DNA of 60,000 nt from Botryllus schlosseri (GCA_051294905.1 CM119371.1:1800001-1860000); one strand, 5' to 3'. Numbered from the stretch's first letter, positions 13,988 through 26,956 are shown. Numbers and translations: made by a program. The notes: generated from the sequence alone by a model not told the origin.

Positions 13988-14096
13988 GTTTTCTACACCA
14001 TTCAGCGCGTTGATACAAATTGTCCCATCTCAAGAGGTTTTGAATTGGATGCAAGCACATCTGTTGGACATTTCCGATGGCGGAGTTGATGGAGAT
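13988..14096 (-). pseudogene. RBM28: RBM28-like RRM3 (RNP1) exon, copy A
   Basis: ISINSAIG/MSNRCACIQFKTS*DGTICINALNGVEN versus RBM28 HSKGCAFAQFMTQEAAQKC; TTCAG acceptor and GTATGT donor; frameshift and stop. Confidence 0.8.
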
Positions 14097-14685
14097 CTGA
14101 ATAAAAGATGACAAAAACGTGACAACAACGCATTCAAACACACCAATACATCCAAGAGTTGTATATGTACATTGTACATGCACCTGATATATACAACTAT
14201 ACAACTAATGGTGAGGATAATATACATACACTACAGTAGGAGATCTTGACCTGGGGTCTATATATCCCTTAATGGTGTAGGCCAACACATATTACCGTAG
14301 TTGAACGACCATGAAAGGCCAATGTTTAAAAAAGAATAATAGGCAATATTGTCCTTTATAATATCTGTTCTCATTGCAGACTGACATATTTATTTTGTTT
14401 CATTTTTGGCGCTCACAAGAGTTCGCAAGAAAAAGTGACGAGCATTTATTAGTAATCAGGGGCCATCATTAGGAGTGGGCAGAAGAGATGGAATTTCGTT
14501 TGTAGTCATCGGGATACCAAATCCCCATGAAGTGTTTTTACCGAAAGTTTTCCTAAGAAAATCAAACTCTCAAAGAATGAACAAGGCGATTATTAGGGCC
14601 CCAAATTCCCCCATTGTATACTAGGAGTTAGTTTACTTAAATCAGACGTGGTCATGGTCTGTGACAAAGTATTTGGACTTGTGGT

Positions 14686-15161
14686 CAGGGTTGTAACTAA
14701 GTCACATGGTTCCGAGTCATAAGTCATTCTCACTTTTATAGTTTTGACTCGAGTCAAGTTGGTTCATTTTCAATTCACCACCGAGTCAAGTCCAAGTCAG
14801 CGAGCAGAGGGTCGAGTCCGGGTCATGGTAACAGTTTCAAGTTCAAGCCTTGTTTAATCCACTTTTTATAACTGTTTGGTGATATCGAGCGGTTCGCATT
14901 TATAATATACTAATTTTTCTCACTTTTAACAGTTTCTGGTCGCATTTTCAAGACCCGCTAACAACAGATGAAATACCAACAATGTGGTTACTTTACTATT
15001 TTTCGAAATTACAATGAAATGTCGGTCTTTGCAGCCCGAGTCTCAAGTGATATGACTTGAACTCGAGTCATTTCCGTATTTTGAGAAAATGACTTGAGTC
15101 AAGTCGAGTCATCAGAAAATCGCGACTCAAATCGAGTCATGACTCGATTCATTACAACCCG
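14686..15161 (+). mobile_element. hAT-type MITE, family B (CAGGGTTGTAA termini)
   Basis: CAGGGTTGTAAC...ATTACAACCC; collinear with the copies at 25691-26226 and 44328-44911. Confidence 0.8.
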
Positions 15162-15271
15162 TTGCACGCCAAATTTGCCTCAATTCCAACCAGCATTTCG
15201 TTCATATTGTGGATTTCGCACTGTCAGTAAACTTTTCATTTGACATTTTACCGCTTGTAGCCTACTTTATA

Positions 15272-16485
15272 GGATTACCAGTGAACCCGTCCCTCGGTGA
15301 ACCCGTCCCGTGAACCCGTCCCTCGGTGAACCCGTCCCTCGGTGAACCCGTCCCTCGATGAACTCGGCACCTCCGGCAACCCTAATATCCCCCTCCCCCA
15401 ACCCTAATATCCCACCCCCGGCAACCCTAATATCCCACCTCCGGCAACCCTAATATCCCACCTCCCCCTACCCTAATATCCCACCTCCCCCAACCCTAAT
15501 ATCCCACCTCCCCCAGCCCTAATATCCCACCTCCCCCAACCCTAATATCCCACCTCCACCAACCCTAATATCCCACATCCGGCAACCCTAATACCCTAAC
15601 CCTAATATCCCACCTCCGGCAACCCTAATGTCCCCCTCCGGCAACCCTAATATCCTAACCCTAACCCTAATATCTCACCTCCGGCAACCCTAATATCCTA
15701 CCCCAACCTTAATATCCCACCTCCCCCAACCCTATAATATCCCACCTCCCCCAACCCTAATATCCCACCTCCGGCAACCCTAATATCCTAACCCTAATAT
15801 CCCACCTCCGGCAACCCTAATATCCTAACCCTAATATCCCACCTCCGACAACCCTAATATCCCACCTCCGGCAACCCTAATATCCTAACCCTAACCCTAA
15901 TATCCCACCTCCACCAACCCTAATATCCCCCCTCCCCCAACCCTAATATCCTACCCGAACCCAATGTCCCACTCCCCGAACCCTAATGTCTTCCCCCCCC
16001 CTACCCTACCCAACCCTAACACCCCACCTCAACCTACAGTTGCAACAACGAGCAGACCACGCGTGGTTGATATGTGAGCAATAACAATCGTTGGGATATA
16101 TTTTTCATCTGAACAAGTCACACACAATATACAATGCGATAAGACCCAATGCGATGTCATGAACAGATACGAGGATGTCGAACGTCGCACGTTCGCCCCT
16201 CGCCAAGTCAATTCAACAATGAGCCGACCACGCAATCGTTATCACGTGATCTGATCACTCCGTGACTGCGTGATCTACGCATGCCCTGACCTCCTTACAA
16301 GATCGACAAATCAGTTGATAATAACATTATTAGTTTAATAATTCATATTAATACTTGTTAATACACTTAATTTCAAAATTTCCCGAGGGCGGAATTCACC
16401 GAGGGCGGAGTTCATCGAGGGACGGGTTCACCGAGGGACGGGTTCACGGGACGGGTTCACCGAGGGACGGGTTCACTGGCAACCC
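15272..16485. mobile_element. Foldback-like DNA element with tandem-repeat TIRs and an internal telomere-variant array
   Basis: Termini GGATTACCAGTGAACCC / GGGTTCACTGGCAACCC; arms of about 90-100 bp made of 16-bp units GTGAACCCGTCCCTCG; duplicated target TTTATA (or CTTTATAG); paralogous empty site at about 27300-27315. Confidence 0.9.
15368..16028 (+). repeat. Minisatellite of about 23-bp units CCCTAATATCCCACCTCC(GGC/CCC)AA with interspersed AACCCT hexamers
   Basis: Directly visible tandem array; each unit contains CCCTAA (TTAGGG on the minus strand). Confidence 0.95.
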
Positions 16486-17254
16486 TTTATAGGTCTACCG
16501 TTGTAGACGGCCCATTGTCTAGTCATTGTGAATAATAAACATTCAATTGAAACAAATAGGTCGACATGATGGTATGCTCAACGTACCGCAATATCCTAAC
16601 TTAAGCAAGACTGCGTAGGCATAGCATGGTTCTTATATCAAGAAGGGTTGTACTACTACACATTTTAATTATTTCTACCATAATGCGCAGTGCAACTACT
16701 TCAATTCTTCATAGGGCCAGATTTTGGTCAAATGAGTCTTTTCATGTAAAAATTTGTGAGTTATTGAGGCGGAAAATTATTTACAGGCCAAACTACTCAG
16801 TAAGGACAGACAGTCCCAACCATGAGTGAAGATAAGTAGTAGCCCACAGTTCTAACGTTATAATTTGCATATGTTACGTCGAATTTGATCAAAATTAATA
16901 TTTTTAGGTCAAAAAATATCAAAATTTTGATTATTTAGGTCAACATCTTTCATTTTTTAGGTACTAAATGTCAACTTAGTTAAACCCATACATGGGATCA
17001 AACTCTCCTTCGGGATTGCCAGCATTCTGATTGCATTTGTGATATGACGATAAAGGAGGAGAGGAGTGAAATTTTTCACTATCAAAAGGGGAGCGTGTCA
17101 AAAAAACTTTTAGAACAGCCGTTCTAGATCTAATTGAAGTTGCAAATTTAGCGAAACGAGTACAGATTTTGGAGATCCAGTAGTTTGGTAAAGTCTGGTT
17201 ACGGTGCCGGAGTAGTGATTTGCAATTACGTTAGATATGAACGAGTTCACCTAC

Positions 17255-17361
17255 GTTTTCCTTACCATTCAGTGAGTCGATACCATTGCCCACTTTGTCA
17301 AAGGCGGGGTCTTGAATTGGACGAGAGCATGTCCAATGCCGATGGTGGAATCGATGGCGAT
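17255..17361 (-). pseudogene. RBM28: RBM28-like RRM3 exon, copy B1
   Basis: IAIDSTIGIGHALVQFKTP/..DKVGNGIDSLNGKEN; same splice boundaries as copy A. Confidence 0.75.
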
Positions 17362-17990
17362 CTGAATAGAAGATGTCAAAAATGTGATAGCAACGTATTG
17401 AAATATATGAATACATGCGGGAAAATTATGTGCAATTGTACATGCATCTGAGATCTGATGACCATACGTACAACACACTTGATATCAAAATAGAAGCATC
17501 AAGTTTCTCATTAAATTCAGCTTTTTGATATTTGCTTTCGACTTCCCCACACTTGCAACAAACAAATTTTGAGCTCAGTTTGATATTTGGATGACTGTTA
17601 CAGAGCAGTGGTCGGCAACCTCTGGAGTCACAATCCCAAGCAGGGTCATCATAAATGTTCCTGGCGTCGCCATGACTCAACATATCTATCACTGTTTCAA
17701 TTCAATAGTGAAAATCGGCTAATAGTTTAATGTTCTTGTTCTATACTTAGTTTAGTTACAGTAAGTAGGCGTGCGGTACTAGCTCTCAACGGACGATGTT
17801 CAGTCAGGTGGATTTCTGTCTGAAGCAATCTTAAAATGGCCTCCACTTTATCATATGTGTCAGTTGGTCGGACCGATTCTGAGATGCCAACCGTTGAATA
17901 TTGAGGCGAATCTATCCATAGCGGCAAGTCTCAAGCTGTAATATGCAAGCGTGTTTGTGAAAGCACGGCCTGTCGTAGCGGCCTGGCGGA

Positions 17991-18880
17991 CAATCTTGAG
18001 ATGACTCGAGTCATGACTCGAGTCGAGTCATACTTGAGTCACCTTTTTCGTATGACTTGACTCACTTTGCAAAAATGACTTGACTTGACTCGGCGTTAAA
18101 GAAATGCAGATTGACTCGTGACTCGAAGCCAAATTGACGAGTCAATTTCAAGTCATCAAGAAATCGATGTCGCTAAAAATCACTGTATACTAAAAAGATG
18201 TTTCTGATTGTTCTCGCTGCGCTTCATTCAATGATTTTGCGTCTTACTGGACGTCCATTATTCTATTACAAATACATTGACCGCTTACCGCCTTACAGCG
18301 TACGTTGCCGGGTCGCAGTAGTAAAGTAACATAATAACTAGGTATCTATCGTTGTTCTATAGACTGGTCATTGGTGCTAGGTGATCACCTTAACCAAATC
18401 TCTTGCATAATCTAATATTCTAAATCGAATTCGAATATATTTGACAAGTTTATATTACTAGTCAAGCATTGGCGAAGGCTAACTTTGTATTTCATGGATA
18501 TGTTATTAGGTAATGTATCATATCAATTCGTTTCAGCTACCGGTATCTCAGGTTTTTCATTCTATTCTCTATTTTGGATGATAAATTAAAGACTGCGAAT
18601 ATACAACAGTTACGTATTTTACCAGTACTGTGCATTCAGGAGCCATACAACGCATTTTTCCATGTCTATTTATCTCTATATTCATCCCTTGATTTAAAAT
18701 GAATGGCAAATCAATCTGAATTTCGAACAGCTAGCAAAATGCAATCTGATGCCTTGTACTTCGAAAAGACAACTTGACTTGATTTGTGACTTAACTCGTG
18801 ACTTGACTTGACTCGAGCCAAAATGCGCAATGAATCAAGATGACTTGTGACTCGAAGGTAGTGACTCGATCCCAACACTG
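17991..18880. mobile_element. hAT-type MITE, family A
   Basis: 8-bp TSD CTGGCGGA (17983-17990, 18881-18888); right end ATCCCAACACTG; empty paralogous site at about 29153-29162. Confidence 0.88.
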
Positions 18881-19401
18881 CTGGCGGAAGAGACCGACAT
18901 GACATATTTCGCATCATTCACCAATGACTCAGCAAGTACATGATTCTACAATAGAGTAGTGCAAGACACAGATGAATAGGTTCTCGTAGCATAGACGCAA
19001 CTAGAATTGAACATGGCGGTATTGAAAAATCATTTATTTGCAGTCCCATTATGGTAGTTTACTGAAGAAAATGGCTGCAACCTAAAATTTTATCACAATT
19101 TTATGTTTAATTTGATACAGCATCATTTTAGAGCGCATTACCCTTGGAAAGAATTTTTGGAATATTTTTGTACGACAACCTTACTCAATAACTGTTGCTT
19201 CAGCAATACTTAAAAAACATTTTTTGCGTACTGGAAAACTAAATGAGGTCGCATGTAAATGCTGATTTTATTTTCGTTTTAATTGGGGTCGCCTATTAAG
19301 AAGCTGCCGACTGATGGTCTAGAGTAGGCCAGCCCCACAATACTGACGATTCTTTTTGCGGAAAAACTGCTAATAAACCAATGATATTGGACCGCACATA
19401 C

Positions 19402-19545
19402 CTGGTCGTAAGAGATCTTCCCCGCCGAGGTAAAATTCCTCTTGCCATCTTCCTCCTTGTTTTACTTCTTCTGTTGATTTATCATCCTTTCACGTCTGCT
19501 CACAGCTTGATTAACTCGAATCTCATTCCCATCCAAGTTGTTACC
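19402..19545 (-). pseudogene. RBM28: RBM28-like linker exon, copy B
   Basis: TTGCAG acceptor; GNNLDGNEIRVNQAVSRRE...K*...GKRN/FYLGGEDLLRP versus RBM28 GLKLDGRQLKVDLAVTRDE...RNLYLAREGLIR; GTATGT donor. Confidence 0.85.
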
Positions 19546-20413
19546 CTGCAATGGTAGCCACAAAGTCACAAATACATTTACAGACAGACTTGTACAATGG
19601 GGGTGTTAAAAAACGAATATTTTTCAAATTTCGTCGGCTTAATTGTCAAATCGTCAGGTTATATTTAAAAAAAACGTTGCACACCAAATTTGACTCAATT
19701 CCAACCAGCAGATGCCGAGGTCATTCAAATTGAAATTACGCTCATCTTTACATAATAGTAGTCACGGAGACGAATTTCGTCACACCGACACGACCAAAAA
19801 TCGGGTACCAGATATGTCTGAAGAGGCACGGATGTCTTTTCCACTGGTTTTGATCTTGACAAGGGCCTATGGTGGAGTGTGGATGAAGACATCGCCAGTA
19901 AACGAATAAAAGATATGACACGGATTAGCTGGAAGTTAGTCCAACTTCATTGAAATAGACACGTTTAAACGACGGTGAGATAATTATCAAATAGAGTAGG
20001 ACTACTTTGTGCGCTGAAATTATATGACCTAAAGATTTGACAACCAAGTCGATTAAATTTGGAAAAAAAAAGTTTTTTTGAACACCCCCATCTTGCAGCC
20101 AATGCTAGCTCAGAATCATGACTACTGACAGCCTGAGGATGGCTTTTGAGAGTCAAAACCCCTATTTCAAGCTCGAAGCCGATTCTATCTCCAGTACTTC
20201 TTAGTTAATTCGTGATTCAGTAGTTTGTATTAGCATCAGTTATTAGTTAGTTGTGTTTTAGTTAGTACGGCATCGTATTTTCAAACGTTGTTAGTTCTAG
20301 ATCTGATTAAAGTTGCAAGTTTTGTGAAGTGAGTGCAAATCCAGTAGTTTGTACAAGTCTGGTTACGGCGCCGGAATAGTGGTTTAAAAATAAGCATGGG
20401 CGTATCTACACAC

Positions 20414-20526
20414 GTTTTTCTAACCATTCAGCGAGTCGATACAATTTGTCACTTCTTCAAAAGTGAAGTCTTGAATTGGACGAGAGCACATCCCTTGCAC
20501 ATGCCAATGGTGGAATTGATGGAGAC
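20414..20526 (-). pseudogene. RBM28: RBM28-like RRM3 exon, copy B2
   Basis: VSINSTIGMCKGCALVQFKT/FEEVTNCIDSLNG; RNP1-like KGCALVQF; frameshifted. Confidence 0.82.
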
Positions 20527-21289
20527 CTGAACACCAGATGTCAAAGTGACGGCAACATATTAAAATATACGAAAACGTGCTGGAAAACAATGAACATGCA
20601 TCTGATCACCATACGTACAATGCATCTAATATCAAAAAGGAAGCATCAAGTTTCTCATTAAATTCGACTTTTTATATTTGCTTTCGACTTCCACGCACTT
20701 GCCGTTTACACACATTGATTTCATTTTAATTTTTGGATGACGATTTTGATTCACATAATTGGAATTTTTTGTCAACTTGACTTGACTCGAGCAATTTTCT
20801 TGAAAAATGGAAATGGAAAATGACTCGAGTCAACTTGGGACACTTTATGTGTGGTGTCAACTTGTAGGCCTACTACAGTCATTGCGCAAGTCTCAATGAA
20901 GTCATATGACTCAAACATTATATACAACTTGATTGAAGTCTCGTGTATCAGGATCAATACTTGACTCTGCGACTCGAGTCAAGACGAGTCAAGTCATGAC
21001 TCGATTTATTACAAGCCTGAATGTAGCCACGGTATTGTCATAAAAGGATATGGTTACAAAAATCTTGTCTATCCGCGTTTCTGTTGCTCATTATCAGTTA
21101 CTCAAAAAGATGATTGTTGCCATTTTAAAAGCTAGTACTGGGAAATTATTACCAAAAGCCTGCGTCTCATTCAGACAATCTATTTGGTAAAACAACTTAT
21201 ACTCAAGTACTCATCAGAACTTCTACTTTTGAATATTACTTCAAGTAGTTGTAACAAGTCTCAAATCACCCATAATTAACGAGAAATTA

Positions 21290-21505
21290 AGGGGTCGACT
21301 TCAGACTTCCTACCAAGTGTCGGAGATTTATCTAGGCTCCCCCTTGTCATATCATCTGTGTAAGCGGTGGCTTATAAAAGCCCAGACGCGGGCCGTGCTA
21401 CAAGTCGGCAGCTAAAGGATAGAAATGATGAAAATTGGCCTGGTTTTAATGACCATGGTAGTCAACAAACACCATGAACACCATGAACACCACAAACAAC
21501 AACAT
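21290..21505 (+). mobile_element. Second, 5'-truncated copy of the SINE-like family
   Basis: Collinear with about 2350-2538; ends in CACCATGAA twice and an (AAC)n tail. Confidence 0.55.
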
Positions 21506-21639
21506 AATTACTTCTACTTCAACCACAAGATAGTGTAAGGCTAGAGCTAGAGCTAGAAACTGCGTTTACCTGTAGTCATACACATGTTAGGAGTGAAAAG
21601 AATGAGTATATCATGGTTTTTACTGGTGCTGCCAACAAC

Positions 21640-22183
21640 CAGTGTTGGGATGACTGGAGTCACTTTTTTCGTTTGACTTGACTTGACTTAGGGTGTCAGA
21701 AATGTGGTTTGACTCGTGACTCGGAGAAAAGGTTTCGAGTCAATCTCAAGTCATCAAGTAACAGTGTCGATAAAAATGGCTGATCTTGCATATATTCGAA
21801 TTGTTCTCGATACGCTGGTGTGACATGTAAGAGTGAGCAATCACTATTTTGAATGATAACTATAGATTGAGGCTATACGGTTATTTGAGTACTTTATCAG
21901 CTCTACGCATGCATGGGCGATACGAAGCCTTTTTTTTACATGTATTTTAAACTAGGTATTGTCTTCCCACGGTTCCAAACTAATGGCAACTTCGAAACAG
22001 CTACCGGTATCAAAATGCGATGACGCCATTATGCTTCGTACTTCAAAAAATCAACTTGAACTGAACTATGACTTGACTCGTGACTTGACTTAACTCGACT
22101 TAACTCGAGCCACCTTTGAAAATAGGATGTCAATGACTTGAAATGACTCGTGACTCGAAGGTAGTGACTTGGTTCAAACACTG
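21640..22183. mobile_element. hAT-type MITE, family A
   Basis: CAGTGTTGGGATGAC...TTCAAACACTG; TSD CCAACAAC / CCGACAAC (7 of 8 match). Confidence 0.85.
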
Positions 22184-23029
22184 CCGACAACACGCCACTA
22201 TTCGGATCTGAAATCATGGATTTGCAAAAATAATGTAATTTATAATTTACTCACTTTTCATCTCCTCGTGTGTCAGTTGAACATTAATGTTTGTCAGATT
22301 CCGACTGAACGGTTGAGATTGTCATGCAAACGTCTTTCACGAAAGAAATTTAGATGTATCGGAGGAACAGCCTCTCAAATGAGATGTTGTGGATGATGAT
22401 CATCTGACAGTCAACTGTAATAAAATCAAGAGTTGTTGTGTAAAGTAGATCCAGTAAATCTATCTATCTATAGAAAGCGCAGCACCCGACCATATTCATC
22501 TATTTTCTCTAGTCACAGGCTGGAATGGTCAGGTTTTCCTCAGTGTTACTCAGGTAGAAGTAACATCATACGTTTCTACTCAAGTGCAATTTACAAGTAA
22601 CTTGAAAGACAAATGCTAGTTTTGCCAGAAAAATGAAAACTGTTGAGGTAGAAGTGTAAGTAGTCCTAAATCATAACAACTCGAGTACGGTAATTAGTAC
22701 TAGTATGCCAAACTTATTTGAGATTAAATTCCTTTAAAAAAATTTAAATGACTTCATTACGGACCACCACTGCTTGCAGAGGACCTGATTTGGTTTTCTA
22801 GTTTATTTCACGTCCAGGCTTAGCAATGAATGTGTGTGCTTGAAGCGAGATGAAATACATTTTGAGCATCGGCGGCTACATCGGAATGATCAGCAAAGGT
22901 TTAGATATCGGTTTGATGGGTAGTTCATGAGATATCCGGTAATAGTCAGGCTCTAATTCAACACACAATTGCAGGGGGCAGACTAGCACACCATACTCAA
23001 CCAACCATTGGACGGGGAACTACTTAATT

Positions 23030-23360
23030 TTTAAAACAAGCAACTATAACTACTGATTTTCTAAACTAGTAACTAGAATTACTCATTTTTCAAAATTCGC
23101 TTCTAGAAATAGAAACTTAATTACTCAATTTTTAGCAATTAGCAACTTGAGTTGGAACTACGCTATTTTAAAAATCCGTCACTAGAACTAGAACTACTTA
23201 TTTTTCAAAACTAGCAATTAGAACTGAAACTACTCAAGTTTTCAAAACAAGTAACTAGAAATAGAAGTATAATCACTCAATTTTTGAAAAATAGCAGCTC
23301 GAGTTAAAACCGGAACTGCGATCTTTTCAAAATCCGTAGCTAGAACTAGGACTGGCTACG
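23030..23360. repeat. Degenerate CTAGAACT / AACTAG subterminal-type repeat tract (MITE remnant)
   Basis: Recurrent TAACTAGAA/ACTAC motifs; reverse-complement versions near 8600-8680, 13510-13600, 24400-24490 and 30010-30080. Confidence 0.55.
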
Positions 23361-24210
23361 AGGGTGGAGTGAAAAATGGAAAATTTTGAATTTTAAAACG
23401 GACACTTGATATGTGGTGCCAAATAAATAAAAAATAATCTATAATAATTTTGGGCTCGTGCACCCTCTAGTTGTCGAAATTGACCAGACTTTACTATAGT
23501 CAATCTGTATAATGACTCAGTTTGAACGCGAGTCATTGCGCATGACTCTGACCAAGTGATATGACTCGAGTCTGAAACGGCCAAGACCAACATACCATTG
23601 CAACTTCGAAGAATAGTGAAGTAACCACAGTGTTGGTATTTCATCAATTGCTGCTGGTACTTGAAAATGCAATCTGAGACTGTTCAAAATGCGAAAATCA
23701 GTTTATGTGTTATAAATGTTAACCATTCAATATCGCCAGATATCGTTACAAAAAGTAGTTTTAACAAGACTAAATCGAAACTGAGCAGTCAACGCAATGA
23801 CTTCGACTCGTACTCGAGTCATAATATCATGACTTGGACTTCATTCTCTGCTCGCTGACTTGGACTCGGAATGACTCGATGGTGAATTAAAAATGACTCG
23901 ACTTGACTCGAGTTGAAACTATAAAAGTACGATTGACTTGCGACTCGGAGCCTGTATGGTTGTCACTAAATGATTAGGAACTTCAACGTCACAAGATTTG
24001 AAAATGATACGTTCTGTTTTGGAATGACCGCAAGATCAGACTACAGCTTCAATGACTACGTCTACTTACTCAACCTTGTGAATTGTGAATTTAACACTCA
24101 CTCACATACCAACACACAATCCCGAAGTCTGTACAATACATAAACACAGCACGTCAGCACCACAATACCGACAAGTTTGTGCTGAATATTGAATATTGGC
24201 TCTCACGTAC

Positions 24211-24323
24211 CTGGTCATAGGAGGTCGAGACACAAATTACTCTTGTCCTCCTTTTGATTCTTTAGTTTCTTCTGTTGAAGCACATTGATAGCTTTGAATC
24301 TCACTCCCGTTCATGATCTTGCC
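24211..24323 (-). pseudogene. RBM28: RBM28-like linker exon, copy C
   Basis: GKIMNGSEIQ.../KEDKSNLCL..L*P; TTTCAG acceptor and GTACGT donor; flanks homologous to copies A, B and D. Confidence 0.7.
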
Positions 24324-24916
24324 CTGAAACAATACCCAAACACACAGTTACAGCCGGATTTATACATACTACGAATCTAGTCAGTCGACGGTCATTAACT
24401 ACTGGTTATCCCGTAGTTCTAGTTCTAGTTACAATTTTTTTAATGCGAGTAGGTCTAGTTGCATTACGGAATAAGTTAGTTGCGAAACTATAAAACACGT
24501 GTCACCGTTCTGTGAATCGTGATATCGGTGTTCTATTGTGCGTTGTTCTTGCATCGCTAGTTAAGATTCATTACTACTAACAGTGGTTAAGCCTGATGGT
24601 GGGTTTTGATTCACGGAACCCCTTTCATCGCAAGCTCGACATCCTGGCCTTTTGTAATGCCGAATCTAGCTCCAATACTTCTTAGGTTGTTTGTGATTCA
24701 GTAATTCGTATTATCCATTATTAGTCAGCTCTGTTTTAGTTAGTTGGTTTCAAGTTATCAAAGATAGCTAGTTCTATAAAATATAGTCTAGTTGTGGTTG
24801 TGAATTTTGGAAAATGAGTACCGTACAGATTTTGCAAATCCAATAGTTAGTAAAGGTCTTGTTGCAGCGCCGTAACAGTGGATTGAAAGTACCACTTAGC
24901 ACGGACGCATATACAT

Positions 24917-25290
24917 TAGTGCGGAGCATGGATCGGAGCCGGGTTGGATATCCGGCCGGATTTTTTTGAATTTTGGTTGGACCGTATCGGAGCCGGATCA
25001 GTACTTCTTTGATAAGGCCAGAATCTCTATGGATTAGCATGACGTTTGTAAGTAAATAACTACCAACTAACAACACGCAAGTAACCGCCAAGCCAGTGCG
25101 AAAAGAAAGGAGCTGTATTTTTGAATTCATGGAACCAACGTACCGTGTTAGGTCGGATTTCCAGCAGGACTTTTTAATTTTTGGCCGGAGCCGGATCAGT
25201 AGTTTCTCCTGATACGGCCGGAGCCGGACCAGAGAATTGACAAACCGGATCGGAGCCGGACCAGAGAATTTGTCGATCCGCTCCTCACTA
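24917..25290. mobile_element. hAT-type MITE with CCGGA/GGAGCCGG subterminal repeats
   Basis: Imperfect TIR TAGTGCGGAGCATGGATC / GATCCGCTCCTCACTA; perfect 8-bp TSD ATATACAT (24909-24916, 25291-25298). Confidence 0.88.
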
Positions 25291-25300
25291 ATATACATAC

Positions 25301-25414
25301 GTTTCCTCGCCATTCAGCTCGCCGATACAATTTGTCGTTTCTTCCGGGGTCTTGGATTGGAAGTGAGCACATCTCTTGGAGTGGCTGATGGGCTATGGCA
25401 GAATTGCTGACGAA
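25301..25414 (-). pseudogene. RBM28: RBM28-like RRM3 exon, copy C
   Basis: ISHSKRCAHFQSKTPEETTNCIGELNGEE, the closest of the copies to RBM28 HSKGCAFAQFMTQEAAQKC; GTATGT donor. Confidence 0.82.
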
Positions 25415-25690
25415 CTAAACAATATATATGGAAAATGTGACAGCGACGTATTCAAATACACAAATACATGCAGAAAAACACGAGTTATACAGCGTATAAG
25501 GAGTCTTAAATTATTTTTTTGCAAATTCAACTGACTACATGATAAAGTTGTTAGTTTGGCTATAAAAACTCACTACACCAAACTTGGTTTAATACCAATC
25601 AGTAGCCGCGTTGCTACAAGAGATGAAAGATTTGGATATAGCCTAATATATAAAAATTAAATAATTTTTTTTTACATATGTTCTGATCAC

Positions 25691-26226
25691 CAGGGTTGTA
25701 ACCAAGTCACAAGGCTCCGAGTCACAAGTCAATCTCACTTTTATAGTTTTGACTCGAGTCAAGTCGAGTCATTTCAATTCACCACCGAGTCAAGTCCGAG
25801 TCCAAGTCAGCGAGCAGAGTGCCGAGTCCGAGTCATGGAATTATGACTCGAGTCCTAGTCCAAGTCATTGTGTTGACTGCTCAGTTTCCAGTTTAAGTCT
25901 TGGTAAACCCACTTTTTATAGCTCTGTTTGGTGATATCGAATGGTTCGCATTTATAATATGCCAATTTTCCTCACTTTCAGCAGTTTATGGTCGCATTTT
26001 CAAGTACCAGTACCAACAGACGACATCCCAATAGTGTGTTGGCTTCAGAATTACAATGAATTATCGGCCTTGGCCGTCTGAGTCCAAGTCGAGTCAGTAC
26101 GCAGAATGACTTGAGTCGAGTCATTTCCGTATTTTGAATAAATGACTCGAGTCAAGTCGAGTCATCAGAAAATCGTGAGTCGAGTCGGACTCGAGTCGAG
26201 TCATGACTCGAGTCATTACAACTCTG
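25691..26226 (+). mobile_element. hAT-type MITE, family B
   Basis: CAGGGTTGTAA...TTACAACTCTG; perfect TSD CTGATCAC (25683-25690, 26227-26234); inserted into a family-C MITE. Confidence 0.92.
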
Positions 26227-26812
26227 CTGATCACCCCATGAAATTTATAGTTTTTCGACAGAAACGCTGCCAAACAAATTTGGTCAATTCGAACCAATGG
26301 AAGCGGAGTTATTGCAGTCGAAAAATTAGGATATGAAAAAATTAATAACCTGCCCACCGTGAATACGACAACAATTATTCATATCCAAATTTCCGACTGC
26401 AATAACTCCTCTTCTACTAGTTGGAATTGACTGAAATTTGTTTTGCATCGCTTTTGAAGACAGCTCAACAATATCATGGGGTTGACAGTAACAATTTGAT
26501 TTTTTTTTTCAATTTGACCTAATAAATTAAATATTTGAATCTAATTTTGAAGAATTGTGTAGCTTTAACTGTGATTCTGATCTAATTTGAAAAAAACAGT
26601 CTAATTATAATTCTAAATGTAGTACAATTTGTACAAAAAAAAACTGTAGCTTTTAGCTATCATTATAATTCCAATCTAATTTGAATTTGAAAATGATCTA
26701 GTTGTCTCAATCTGGCTGAGAAAACCCAGTTATCGTGTGAACCCCGGTTAGAAACCCCTGCTGCAAGTTAGCTTGATGAGAAAGTATGCTAATAGTTGTG
26801 GTTATGACATAC

Positions 26813-26956
26813 CTTCAGCTTTTGACACTTCTAGTAAGATTGTCAGCACATAATCGAGTTGTACGCCTGCATTTTTCAGTTTGGCCCGATTTGCATTTTC
26901 AATCTTCACACGTTTCTTCCATTCTGTCGCGTTGAGGCCTTCAGGGGCTTGCGTTT
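26813..26956 (-). pseudogene. RBM28: RBM28-like exon (linker and start of RRM4), copy 2
   Basis: ETQAPEGLNATEWKKRVKIENANRAKLKN/TTRLCADNLTRSV; AG/GT-bounded; paralog of 11050-11217. Confidence 0.85.

Noticed and set aside
15281..15365. Short regularly repeated 16-mers suggesting a CRISPR array
   Set aside because: No unique spacers, mirrored at 16390-16477 as an inverted arm, eukaryotic context and no cas genes.
15368..16028. True telomere or chromosome-fusion scar
   Set aside because: The array is a 23-bp variant unit enclosed by TIRs and a TSD, with an empty paralogous site.
24774..25313. 179-aa ORF
   Set aside because: It runs through the CCGGA-repeat MITE (repeated IRLRP/LRLR peptides) and intron sequence; a shadow ORF.
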